34,202 nucleotides of DNA from a virus. The notes under the pieces were generated by a model. It made no database searches, was not told the origin of the DNA, and saw nothing but the letters and a program-made list of their open reading frames with translations. The stretch lies in the IMG/VR virus record IMGVR_UViG_3300031647_000028, one strand, 5' to 3'. Both the position numbers and the translations under genes were made by a program. Every line of letters begins with the position of its first letter. Within the stretch, counting starts at the first letter, position 1. Below, piece by piece: positions 1 to 8,540 of this stretch.

Positions 1-62
1 CAACTTCATTAAGAAGCCACCTAAGATAGGTGCTATGCTTGTTAATAGACTAATCACAAGAC
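1..62. repeat. Window-end overlap: nt 1-62 are identical to nt 34141-34202 (unit genome 34,140 bp, circular or circularly permuted)
   Basis: Direct comparison of the first and last 62 nt shows identity. The repeat lies inside the 5' end of minus-strand ORF 33766-34197, which favours an assembly or circularisation overlap over a physical terminal repeat. Confidence 0.9.
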
Positions 63-173
63 TTTAGCCAAGCATCTAACTTGAGCATTATTCGGTTACA
101 CATCAACTTAACCTTATTAATAGCAGTGACCTTTAAGTATCTACCTCTACTGTCTCTAGTCTTTTGGTCTGTT

Positions 174-425
174 CTAGCCATGGTCTATCCTCATGTGTTT
201 CCAAATTTGGTCAATCTTTTTAGACTGAGCGTCTAGCATTTTCTCAATCTTTTCAGTCGTGTGAAGAAACTCATCACGATGTATAAAGTCTTTATGCAAA
301 CCTATCTGACAGCTAGTCATATTATGCTCTAAGTCTTTAATATCCTTCATTATTGATTTAACAACTCCGCCTGTTATAGCTGAGAGAACACTGACAAATG
401 CCAATATTATTTCTGATAGTTCCAT
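174..425 (-). CDS. Small membrane-anchored protein (N-terminal TM helix, charged C-terminal part); holin- or i-spanin-like
   Basis: 83-aa ORF. Hydrophobic segment IILAFVSVLSAITGGVV is followed by a K/D/E-rich region. AAGGA lies upstream of the ATG. It sits in a cluster of membrane proteins. Confidence 0.35.
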   Translation of the reverse strand: MELSEIILAFVSVLSAITGGVVKSIMKDIKDLEHNMTSCQIGLHKDFIHRDEFLHTTEKIEKMLDAQSKKIDQIWKHMRIDHG

Positions 426-448
426 TCATAATTCCTTAATCATTTTTT

Positions 449-1378
449 TTATAATAAATAAAGGCACTGTTGCCTATCCCAATCGTCATCAAAAACATGG
501 CTAATCATTTTTATAATAGGAAGCCTTACAGCTTCCTCTGAATTTGGAGAGCGCCCACTCAATTTGAAATTCCTTACCCCTAGACTGTAAAGATTATCAA
601 CATCCTTCTTAGTAGATATAATAAAACCTTTATCTTGTTTAGTTTTCAAAGCAAGACCTTGTATGACTTTTTCTCTAGGGCATAGATTATTATATAAATC
701 AACCTCCTTTCCAAAGTATAACTCTTGTTCTGTGTCTGTGGTCGCATTGTTACCCATAGCAACTAAGTCATAATGGTGTTTTCTTATACTGCAATTATAA
801 GTACATCTCTCATCTAGTAACACTTCAATTTTATTAATATTATTCAAAGACTCTATTAAGGCGTAATCTTTATTGTCGTCAGGGTGCAGAACAACTTTAT
901 CAAATCTATCTGTTAATGAGTTATAGTAAGATGCCGTTCTTTTATGTGGAAGGTCGTTAGTAACTTTAAGAATTGATGATTTTGTTTTTAGGTTGGGGTA
1001 CTTATCTTTTATATAGTCAAAAAGATAATCACTTGTAAGTATAACTCCATTACCCACATTAGGCTTGTTAGCGGTGTCTAGTAAAAAGTTACCAACATAG
1101 TCGCTTATATTAGTAGAGTCTATGTATGAATTTGTAAATGTAAAGAAAGTATTAATACCAAGAGAGTTAGTCTCGTCTATGTATTCTGTTACTCTTTTCT
1201 CATCATTTAAACGAAAAGCTCCTGTTGTTCTTCCACCATTCCAACGTGTTAGTAAAGAGCCATATATTGTTCCTATAGGTAGTTTTTTTCCATAAGTGTT
1301 CTCAATATAATTCAAGAATGGCAAGGGTAGAGAGTGGAATAAACTAGGTAAGGAGAAATGACAATCAGTAAAATTCAT
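449..1378 (-). CDS. 309-aa enzyme-like protein of unknown function; weak resemblance to the peptidase-U32 TIM-barrel pattern
   Basis: Long ORF. Segments GVILTSD, PNLKTKSSI, KVVLHPD and IEVLLDERCTYNC loosely recall U32-family blocks (recalled from memory, not searched). Its ATG overlaps the stop of the upstream 57-aa ORF (ATGA). Confidence 0.3.
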   Translation of the reverse strand: MNFTDCHFSLPSLFHSLPLPFLNYIENTYGKKLPIGTIYGSLLTRWNGGRTTGAFRLNDEKRVTEYIDETNSLGINTFFTFTNSYIDSTNISDYVGNFLLDTANKPNVGNGVILTSDYLFDYIKDKYPNLKTKSSILKVTNDLPHKRTASYYNSLTDRFDKVVLHPDDNKDYALIESLNNINKIEVLLDERCTYNCSIRKHHYDLVAMGNNATTDTEQELYFGKEVDLYNNLCPREKVIQGLALKTKQDKGFIISTKKDVDNLYSLGVRNFKLSGRSPNSEEAVRLPIIKMISHVFDDDWDRQQCLYLL

Positions 1379-1548
1379 AGTGTATTACTCATTCTTTCTT
1401 TCAGGTATTTGTACATAGTGAAATTTCCTATAACCTCGGTCTCTCTTTCATTTTTAAACCTAATCTCCCCCTTATCCCCCTTCCATTCTATAGACTTTAT
1501 ATTTGGATCTATACCTAGATTAAATATTGGGGGTTTTTCGTTTTTCAT
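1375..1548 (-). CDS. 57-aa hypothetical protein, translationally coupled on both sides
   Basis: Not in the supplied track (<60 aa). I translated it codon by codon: MKNEKPPIFNLGIDPNIKSIEWKGDKGEIRFKNERETEVIGNFTMYKYLKERMSNTL. ATG 1548-1546 overlaps the sulfotransferase TGA (1547-1545). Its TGA 1377-1375 overlaps the ATG of the 309-aa ORF. Confidence 0.5.
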   Translation of the reverse strand: MKNEKPPIFNLGIDPNIKSIEWKGDKGEIRFKNERETEVIGNFTMYKYLKERMSNTL

Positions 1549-2372
1549 AGGACCTCAGGGTAGAATTTTTCATAGAACGGTAAAAAATCACTGACAATGC
1601 TAGCGTTTAAATCGCTATATAAAATGTCGTCAAAGTCTTCAACTGTATCTGAATTAAACTCAAGAGTTGACACATTATGTAGGCATGGGGTTTTGTTTAC
1701 TATGTCTGCTAAATAATCTTCTTCAGGTTTATAGGGTTTAATTTTATCGAAGTCTATAGATATTTCTAAGAAATCATACATCTTCCTTATTTCAGACTGT
1801 GTGTCTGTCAATAAATCTTCAAACCTTATAATTAAGAAATCATTATTATTAAAAGAGCCGTCACTAAGCATGCTCATTATTCGATTCAGGTAAAAACCTA
1901 AAGCCCTGTTTTCTGTAGACAACAACCATAAAGCCCTTGACCTTTTACTTGATAAGTCTATATCTTTAGGATAAATTGCAGACTTTGTTGTAGCTGTCTT
2001 TTGATAATAACTCTCAAACGAGGCTAATATCCCCCTAATATCTCTAACCAACAATATTGCTTTAGCTTTCGGTCTTAATGCTTTTAACACTCTAAAATCT
2101 GTTGACCAGCCTCGGTCTTTGTCTATGATAATTTGATTTGTTTTTACTCCCGACCATGAATCTATAAAAGCATTTATAGCTGACTTAGTCCTGTCAATAT
2201 AGTTAAAAGAGTTTAGGCAGGGTGAGTCGTCTATAATATCTATCATCTTATCAACAATAAAATAGTTCTCACTATTGGAACACACGCACAAACGAGGGTC
2301 TTGAGATAGTATTTTAGAAAGTTTGGTTGACCCTGAGCGTGGCATCAAACCTAATGCGACATAATCAGTCAT
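1545..2372 (-). CDS. P-loop sulfotransferase-family protein
   Basis: N-terminal GLMPRSGSTKLSKIL matches the PAPS 5'-phosphosulfate-binding loop (xRSGST). LLVRDIRGILAS matches the RDPxDxxxS 3'-phosphate-binding motif of bacterial sulfotransferases. Confidence 0.65.
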   Translation of the reverse strand: MTDYVALGLMPRSGSTKLSKILSQDPRLCVCSNSENYFIVDKMIDIIDDSPCLNSFNYIDRTKSAINAFIDSWSGVKTNQIIIDKDRGWSTDFRVLKALRPKAKAILLVRDIRGILASFESYYQKTATTKSAIYPKDIDLSSKRSRALWLLSTENRALGFYLNRIMSMLSDGSFNNNDFLIIRFEDLLTDTQSEIRKMYDFLEISIDFDKIKPYKPEEDYLADIVNKTPCLHNVSTLEFNSDTVEDFDDILYSDLNASIVSDFLPFYEKFYPEVL

Positions 2373-2382
2373 AGTTAAATAA

Positions 2383-2772
2383 TTAGTTTTTTGGGTATTT
2401 ATCTTTTATCACTTTAATAGCATCACTCCAACCAACAATACCATTGTGATAAATATCATCCAGTTGCTCTATAATGCTAGGATATTCTACAGAGCGCTTA
2501 TCTGCATAAGTCATATTAGAAATTCTATCTACTTCTTTCTGTATTTCAAAAGCTACCAACCTTTGTTTTTCAGCAGCGTGAGCATCAACTAAAGATTGAT
2601 AAGCAGTAATTTCTGTAAATTCTTCATTTGGCGTATTGTCTTTAAACTGTACGTTACCTGTTGAGCCATTCCACTCAATAGCGTGAATATTTGCATCAAT
2701 AGTAAAGTCGAAGTTAATTGCTTCTCCATCAATTTGAATCATTCTGTCGTCTGTAATTACACATACATTCAT
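2383..2772 (-). CDS. Hypothetical protein, possible tail-fibre assembly/chaperone-like
   Basis: 129-aa ORF two genes downstream of the tail fibre. The C-terminal YADKRxxEYPSIxEQLDxIYHxGxxxW...IKxKYPK pattern resembles phage tail-assembly-chaperone-like domains (memory only). Confidence 0.3.
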   Translation of the reverse strand: MNVCVITDDRMIQIDGEAINFDFTIDANIHAIEWNGSTGNVQFKDNTPNEEFTEITAYQSLVDAHAAEKQRLVAFEIQKEVDRISNMTYADKRSVEYPSIIEQLDDIYHNGIVGWSDAIKVIKDKYPKN

Positions 2773-3071
2773 TAGTGCTCTCCTAATATTTTATTTTTTT
2801 TCTTAACTATCTTGTTAAATTCTTCTTGACCTTTTACAGTCTCATTTCTAAAACTCTCTAGTGCTTGAGTTTGACCTCTATTTGTATTAGACATCTCAAC
2901 TTGTAGCATAGGCATCCAACTCATAGAACACGCCCAATCATCCACTTCTTTACCTGTGTTTGGGTCTAGTCCTACCATCTTAGTGTACCAAGCACAACGC
3001 TTGATAACACCATCTACAGCTTCTTCACAAGTTGAACCTAAAGGGCAAAAGAACTCTACTTCTAATGCCAT
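2772..3071 (-). CDS. Hypothetical 99-aa Cys/Trp-containing protein
   Basis: The ORF is coupled by a 1-nt TAATG overlap to the tail-fibre gene and by a 1-nt overlap to the next gene. Confidence 0.55.
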   Translation of the reverse strand: MALEVEFFCPLGSTCEEAVDGVIKRCAWYTKMVGLDPNTGKEVDDWACSMSWMPMLQVEMSNTNRGQTQALESFRNETVKGQEEFNKIVKKKNKILGEH

Positions 3072-5428
3072 TAGTCTTTACTACAAACAATTACGTTTAT
3101 GTATTGAGGTGCAAATGCTGTAGGAGTTGATGAGCCTGAAGTGCCTGATACTGCTACAGTATGTGTATGAGCGCTCGCACTACTTGTAGCACCTGTGCCA
3201 CCTGCCCCTGTAGTTCCACTAGCAGAACCTGAAGTGCCTGAACCACCACTTGTGATACTACCTGCTAATGAGTGACTATGAGAGCTAGAGCCGCCCTTGC
3301 TGCTAGTAGAAGCATTAAATGAGTATTGAGCGCCAGAAGCCCTGTCAACATTACCAGGTGAACTACCCCAACCACTTTTTACTGAAAGACTATGATTATG
3401 ACTAGGCATCTGAGATACACTCAATGTATGCGAACCCGCACTTAAACTATGAGAATGAGAGTGACTAGGCGTACTATGAGTATGTGAAGCGCCTGAGTGA
3501 GTATGTGAAGCACCTGTGTGACTATGAGCGCCCGCACTAGAAGTAGTAGATGATGAATCACTAAAACTATGCGTGTGAGCTGTGCTAGGAGGTGAGCTAA
3601 ATGCGTGTGTACCACCTGTACCACCACCTGTACCACTAACTACTCTTAATCCTTTATCGTTATTAGTTGTGACCTGTGTCCAAGAGGTAGGTGCTGATGC
3701 TTGATAAAACACCATAACCGTTCCACTAGGAAAAGAGACAGGTGCTGAATAACCAAGGTCAGATAGTGTTAATGTACGAGTAGAGACTGTACCATTGGCA
3801 TCTGTAACGTGACCCGAAGTATCTGTTGTAACATTAATATCAATATCACTGATTACTGTAGCACCTGTTAAAGCACCTGAGTCCACACTAAAATCGTCTC
3901 CTGGATGTGAAGGATGAGCATAGTTATTAGCACTTGTGGCGATGCCGTCTAGTTTAGTATTATCAGCTGAAGTAAAGTTCTTTTGTGTAAGACCGTTGTC
4001 ACCTACTGAGTAAGTTGTATTGTTATCAGGGATAGTTACTGATTCGCTAGTACCATCGCCCTTATAAAGACTTACCGTATGACCTGATAATCTAAGAGCA
4101 TCTGTTGCGTGTAAAGAGCCTTTTTCGGTATCGTGTACAACGCTAGAAGGTAATGAATAATTGTTTGCACCTGTAGCTACGCCTGATAGTTTAGTTTGTT
4201 CAGCATCACTAAACTCGTTACTATTAGCATTAGCTTCATAAGCAGTCTTTATCTGAGCATTGGTTTGGTCTGCTGTAGCACCTGTTTCAATGCCATTTAA
4301 CTTAGCTGAGTTTAGCTCTGTATCTGTAACAGCGTTTGCTACAATTTGAGCATTAGAAGCAGTACCTGATAAATCACCACCCATAGTCGGGTCAGCTGAG
4401 ATACTTGTCCAAGTCATTGTACCATCAGCATCTGAGCCTAAGTATTGTCCTGCTGTACCATTACCTGTTACATTTAATTCTGAAGCGCCTACTGAGTTAG
4501 CATCAATCTGACCAGCAGCTACACTACCTAAAGTAGCTAGAGCCGCTAACCCTAAGTTTGTTCTAGCTGTACCTGCATTATTTAAGTCTGATAAGTTGTT
4601 AGTTTGTAATAAAGCACCTGAAAGAGAAGCATAAGCAGCAACCCAAGAAGAGCCTTCATACACAAACATAGCGTCACTGGTACTATTAAAGTATAAAGTA
4701 CCACCAGCTAAGGCATTACCATCATTATCTAATGTAGGGGCACTAGTTTTCTGACCTAAGTATCTATCATCAAATGAATCAAATGAAGCTAAAGCTGAAT
4801 CTCTTGCTGCTTCTGCCGCTGCTTGAGCAGTTGTGGCGCTAGAGGCTGAGCTACTTGCGTTAGTCTCTGAAGTTCCAGCGTTAGTTTCTGAAGTTCCTGC
4901 TGCTGTAGCTGATGTGCTTGCATTACCTGCTTGTGTTGTAGCAATACCAGCTTGAGTCGTAGCAGTAGAAGCCTTAGTCGTAGCAATACCAGCCTGTGCT
5001 GTTGCGGTTACTACATCTGCAGCGGTATCAATCGTGTCTTGGTTTGTAGCTACTAAGTCAGCGGCTGTTGCAACTGTATCTGCTGCTGTAAGAATTAAAT
5101 CTGCTGCTACTGCTGCTCTATCTGAGCCAGTTTGTACCTTATCAGCTTCTGCTAAAACTACATCAGCTGCTGTGGCAACTCTGTCTAATCCTGTTTGTAC
5201 TTTATCAGCCTCTGCAAGGACAACATCAGCATTGGTTAATACTAAATCTGCTGCTACGTTAGTCTCTGCTAATTCTGCTGCTGTTTTAGCTGTCTCAGCT
5301 GCTACCTTAACATCTAAGAATCGTTGGGTTGAGAACTTTTTAGAAGTACCACTATCATTGATTAGCACCTCTTCAGTACCTACCATTGTGGTTTTCTCGG
5401 TTAATGCTGAAATCTTAATTGATGCCAT
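3071..5428 (-). CDS. Tail fibre / receptor-binding protein
   Basis: 785 aa. Ala/Thr-rich coiled repeats are followed by DDRYLGQKTSAPTLDNDGNALAGGTLYFNS, which is typical of phage tail fibres. The C-terminus is Gly/Ser/His-rich with many HxH motifs and ends with a collar-like PQYINVIV. Confidence 0.75.
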   Translation of the reverse strand: MASIKISALTEKTTMVGTEEVLINDSGTSKKFSTQRFLDVKVAAETAKTAAELAETNVAADLVLTNADVVLAEADKVQTGLDRVATAADVVLAEADKVQTGSDRAAVAADLILTAADTVATAADLVATNQDTIDTAADVVTATAQAGIATTKASTATTQAGIATTQAGNASTSATAAGTSETNAGTSETNASSSASSATTAQAAAEAARDSALASFDSFDDRYLGQKTSAPTLDNDGNALAGGTLYFNSTSDAMFVYEGSSWVAAYASLSGALLQTNNLSDLNNAGTARTNLGLAALATLGSVAAGQIDANSVGASELNVTGNGTAGQYLGSDADGTMTWTSISADPTMGGDLSGTASNAQIVANAVTDTELNSAKLNGIETGATADQTNAQIKTAYEANANSNEFSDAEQTKLSGVATGANNYSLPSSVVHDTEKGSLHATDALRLSGHTVSLYKGDGTSESVTIPDNNTTYSVGDNGLTQKNFTSADNTKLDGIATSANNYAHPSHPGDDFSVDSGALTGATVISDIDINVTTDTSGHVTDANGTVSTRTLTLSDLGYSAPVSFPSGTVMVFYQASAPTSWTQVTTNNDKGLRVVSGTGGGTGGTHAFSSPPSTAHTHSFSDSSSTTSSAGAHSHTGASHTHSGASHTHSTPSHSHSHSLSAGSHTLSVSQMPSHNHSLSVKSGWGSSPGNVDRASGAQYSFNASTSSKGGSSSHSHSLAGSITSGGSGTSGSASGTTGAGGTGATSSASAHTHTVAVSGTSGSSTPTAFAPQYINVIVCSKD
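5105..5230 (-). repeat. Two tandem 63-nt (21-aa) repeats inside the tail-fibre gene
   Basis: aa 67-87 ADVVLAEADKVQTGLDRVATA and aa 88-108 ADVVLAEADKVQTGSDRAAVA. Confidence 0.85.
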
Positions 5429-5437
5429 TTATTACTC

Positions 5438-5683
5438 CTATTCTATTACTATGTATGTCGGTAAGTTACGTGGTGATGATTCAATTATGATACCAAAACC
5501 CTCACCTGAAGCTATCTCTGTATCAGGGGTGTATTCTATCCCGTACTCTCTAATCCACTGTCTCTTATTAGCAAGCATAGCTAATGTCTTACCCTTTCTC
5601 CACTGAAGGCGAACGACAGAAGGCTGTTTACGAGTTAAACTCCTAATTTTGCCGCGTCTGTCTATTCTAGTTTTCTTTGCCAT
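5438..5683 (-). CDS. Hypothetical basic 81-aa protein
   Basis: ORF in the late operon with a K/R-rich N-terminus. It shares a 1-nt overlap with the upstream gene. Confidence 0.5.
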   Translation of the reverse strand: MAKKTRIDRRGKIRSLTRKQPSVVRLQWRKGKTLAMLANKRQWIREYGIEYTPDTEIASGEGFGIIIESSPRNLPTYIVIE

Positions 5684-6243
5684 TACAGTCTAAATAACTC
5701 TCTTCGTCTGCCAATATTTTGTCTAGCCTTTAAAGCTGTAAGCTCATCTCGCATCATCTCAGCCATTGGTGCGAAGCTTCTAATAACTTTAGCGTCTTTT
5801 CTTGGTGCTATCTTACCACTTTGTGCGCCATAAGTGCTTGATTTTACTGAAGTTTTAGAGTCTCCAGGGGTCTTAGTCATTGAGTGTTCTGACTTATAAG
5901 TAGTAGCTTCAATCTTACCTTTCTCATTGTTAGCTTTAAGCTGAGAACCTGAGTATGTTGGGGCTTTAGAATCACCTTTAACCGACTCAAGCTCCTCATC
6001 AGGAGACATCATGTCATCTAGCATAGCCATCAGGTTGTCCATTTCAGATTCTTCTTCAGGATCATCAGCAAAGTGAAGAGCATTAGCTTTCATGTACTCT
6101 TCTTCAGACATCTCATCTTCATACTTATTGAATGTCTCTTGTAACATGTGCATCCATACTTCTTGTAGCTTACACTTGAATCTATCAAGCTCTAATCCAC
6201 CAGATGTTGAGTCTTCTAATATATCAAACATAGTTCTTCCCAT
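5683..6243 (-). CDS. Hypothetical acidic 186-aa protein (head-module position)
   Basis: ORF downstream of the capsid gene with a D/E-rich centre. Confidence 0.5.
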   Translation of the reverse strand: MGRTMFDILEDSTSGGLELDRFKCKLQEVWMHMLQETFNKYEDEMSEEEYMKANALHFADDPEEESEMDNLMAMLDDMMSPDEELESVKGDSKAPTYSGSQLKANNEKGKIEATTYKSEHSMTKTPGDSKTSVKSSTYGAQSGKIAPRKDAKVIRSFAPMAEMMRDELTALKARQNIGRRRELFRL

Positions 6244-6460
6244 TTGTGTTTAATCGTTTGTTCTCACGCATATTCCAACGGTGTGTATCAGCTGCAAAAG
6301 AGCGATAATCTTGACCAAATTGGAAATTAGTGCAGAATGTTAGTTCATAGTAAGAAGGTTCTCCGCAGTCTGGACAGACTTGTGGTTCTTCACGTTTACT
6401 GTAAGAAACTATATTATCTTCAGTATGGTTATTTTTACATTTATAAGTAAATAGCGGCAT
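6224..6460 (-). CDS. Putative zinc-ribbon protein (FmdB-like)
   Basis: 78 aa. YKCKNNH...VCPDCGEP resembles a small zinc-ribbon regulator pattern. Confidence 0.4.
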   Translation of the reverse strand: MPLFTYKCKNNHTEDNIVSYSKREEPQVCPDCGEPSYYELTFCTNFQFGQDYRSFAADTHRWNMRENKRLNTNGKNYV

Positions 6461-6483
6461 AACTAATCCTAATTAATTCAGAA

Positions 6484-6509
6484 TAGCCCTCTCATCTAGA
6501 CAAGGGCTA
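6484..6509 (-). terminator. Hairpin after the major capsid gene (possible terminator/attenuator)
   Basis: On the minus strand, a 7-bp stem UAGCCCU/AGGGCUA with a 12-nt loop is followed by UUCUGAAUUAAUU. It begins 19 nt after the capsid stop codon. Confidence 0.4.
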
Positions 6510-6527
6510 CGCTTAACTAACTAACTA

Positions 6528-7445
6528 CTACGACTGTGGACATACGAACGCTACACCAGCGTAATCACGTAATCCAGAAACACCGTAAATAGTATCAGCA
6601 GTAAACAAGTCACCTAAGTATTCTTGTTTGTACTGAGTTTGCGAACGAACGCCAACTTGCTCTGCAAGAACTAAAGCGTCTTTATGCATTAACATACCTA
6701 CACGACCAGTTGTACTGATTGAAGGACAGTTATTAGTTACCAACACATCTACACCGTAGATTTGTCCGATAGTACCATTCTTAATAGCATCACCGTTACC
6801 AATGAACTGTTGCTCAGTGAAACGTGCGATAGCTAATAAGTCATTAGCAGCTACTGGAGGTAGCACTAAAGAACGGTTATCCATAGGAACATCAGAATTA
6901 TCTAACTTGAGAATCATCTGTCTGATACCAGCGTCAGTAAGAGTTGAAGCATTACTAGAGTTACCAGTGTATAACGTAGTACCGTCACCGATTACAGCTT
7001 TCTCCCATAAATTAGCGGCTGCGCCACCTGCTGTTCCACCTTGGAACTCTTCAGCTAAAGCGAATAAGTCATCTTCCACTTGATTAGCTAGTGCATAACC
7101 AGCGTCATCAGTGTAGAACTTACGCATTGAAGCTAATGCTTGAACTTCAGCAATATCTTCAATCAACTTCGAGTATTCGTAGTGTTTGTTAATGCTAATT
7201 GCTACAACACCTGCTGTATCAGCAATCATTGTAACCTGTGAATTAGCAGCTTTTACAGATGCAGTACCACGAGCAGGAACAGGGATATTAATAGTATCGC
7301 CTTTCTTACCTTTGTGAGACATCTTTGTAACTAAGTTTGCAACAACTAAGTTTTGTTTGTACGCACCAATAACTTCATCCGACCATAGAGCAGGGATGAA
7401 ATTAGCTGATGTTGTAATCGTACTATGGTTAGTACCTAAACCCAT
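6528..7445 (-). CDS. Major capsid protein
   Basis: 305 aa, immediately after the scaffold-like gene. The N-terminal ...FIPALWSDEV... motif and the size fit podovirus HK97-fold capsid proteins. A hairpin follows the gene. Confidence 0.7.
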   Translation of the reverse strand: MGLGTNHSTITTSANFIPALWSDEVIGAYKQNLVVANLVTKMSHKGKKGDTINIPVPARGTASVKAANSQVTMIADTAGVVAISINKHYEYSKLIEDIAEVQALASMRKFYTDDAGYALANQVEDDLFALAEEFQGGTAGGAAANLWEKAVIGDGTTLYTGNSSNASTLTDAGIRQMILKLDNSDVPMDNRSLVLPPVAANDLLAIARFTEQQFIGNGDAIKNGTIGQIYGVDVLVTNNCPSISTTGRVGMLMHKDALVLAEQVGVRSQTQYKQEYLGDLFTADTIYGVSGLRDYAGVAFVCPQS

Positions 7446-7466
7446 CTTATTTCTCCTTATTGAGTA

Positions 7467-8264
7467 TTATTTAACGCGCCCTTCCTGGTATGCAATAGTT
7501 ATCTCATCTGATAAATCTGCATACCTTTGAGGGTCGCTCACTTGTAGGTTGATTAAATCACTCCTACGATACATCTTCTTACCACCAACAGAATCTCCTG
7601 AAGATCGAGTCTCTGAACTGGTTTGTCGCATTGCCTTCTTTCTCTTATTTTCTTCAGCCTTATTTACTGCTTGTGTCTTATCGATCATTGAAATTTGCTT
7701 CCAAGTACCTAATAATTCATTTGCAGAGTTGAAGTCATAATTAGCATCGGCTCTGCGGAACAGCTCGGTACGAATACCACTCTCTCCCACCCACTTTTGA
7801 AAGTCGCTATTACCAATAACATCCATGAAATCAGGATGAGTTGACTCTAACTGTGTTAAATTAGCTTTTTGGGCTGACTTAACGTTACCTTCTCTAGCTT
7901 TGACAATTTCTGGATGATTTTCTATCGCTGAGTTAACTGCTTTCGCAGGGTCATCGTAAAAATTATCTTCAAAACTGACATTTTCTTCTGTTGTCTCAGC
8001 AGTTTGACCAGCCTGTGACTTGGACATAAGTTGTTCGATTAGCTGACGCTGATCTCCGACTGTCTGACCTTGTGAACCAAACGCCCTTTCGACATTTTGG
8101 TGCATGTTAATCACATCCTCTAATGACTTCCCAGCATACTTCTCTGGAACTACATATTCTGGCTCTGCTTGAATTTCTTCTTGCTGAACCTCTTGTGTAA
8201 TTTCTTGAGTTTCTGTTACCTGTTCGCCTACACCTTCGGGTGCTACATCTACTACTATACTCAT
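7467..8264 (-). CDS. Scaffolding protein
   Basis: 265 aa, acidic and Gln/Glu-rich, predicted helical. It lies between the portal and capsid genes. Confidence 0.5.
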   Translation of the reverse strand: MSIVVDVAPEGVGEQVTETQEITQEVQQEEIQAEPEYVVPEKYAGKSLEDVINMHQNVERAFGSQGQTVGDQRQLIEQLMSKSQAGQTAETTEENVSFEDNFYDDPAKAVNSAIENHPEIVKAREGNVKSAQKANLTQLESTHPDFMDVIGNSDFQKWVGESGIRTELFRRADANYDFNSANELLGTWKQISMIDKTQAVNKAEENKRKKAMRQTSSETRSSGDSVGGKKMYRRSDLINLQVSDPQRYADLSDEITIAYQEGRVK

Positions 8265-8303
8265 ACCTTTGGTCTCCGTCCTCTTCAGGATTGTGAAGTT
8301 TGA

Positions 8304-8540
8304 TTAATGTGGAGTCGTTCCCGATTGTTCCACGGCTATTGTAGTTGCAGATTCCAAACTAAGTAAATAGCCTAGTACCTTCAACTGACCCTTGGCATCC
8401 CAAAGAGCCTGCTCATTGTTGATAGTCTCAATGTCTCGAGTATTATCTTCAATGGTTTCTAGTTCTTGCATTAGGTCTAGCCAACCTTCTGCTTCGAATA
8501 ATTCTATTCTATCTTTTAAGAATTGCTCATCTGACTTCAT
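8304..8540 (-). CDS. Hypothetical acidic 78-aa protein
   Basis: The ORF overlaps the portal stop by 4 nt. Confidence 0.5.
   Translation of the reverse strand: MKSDEQFLKDRIELFEAEGWLDLMQELETIEDNTRDIETINNEQALWDAKGQLKVLGYLLSLESATTIAVEQSGTTPH

Noticed and set aside
1-62. The 62-bp end repeat as a physical direct terminal repeat of the virion DNA
   Set aside because: The repeat lies inside the coding start of the 143-aa membrane-protein gene. The true packaging signals are more likely near terS, so an assembly circularisation overlap is the simpler reading. Only end-mapping can settle this.
1358-1594. 78-aa plus-strand ORF from the track
   Set aside because: It is opposite to the operon direction and gives a hydrophobic low-complexity translation. 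The same DNA is better explained by the minus-strand 57-aa ORF, which is ATGA-coupled at both ends.
5105-5230. Tail-fibre tandem repeats as a diversity-generating retroelement target/template pair
   Set aside because: There is no reverse transcriptase ORF anywhere. The two copies are adjacent in-frame protein repeats, not a template/variable repeat pair with adenine-specific differences.
5034-5606. 190-aa plus-strand ORF antisense to the tail-fibre gene. Similar ORFs occur at 3442-3636 and 4789-4986, in other frames of the fibre gene.
   Set aside because: These are shadow ORFs generated by the Ala/Thr/Ser-rich repeats of the fibre gene. They give low-complexity translations, have no SD, and lie fully inside a well-supported CDS.
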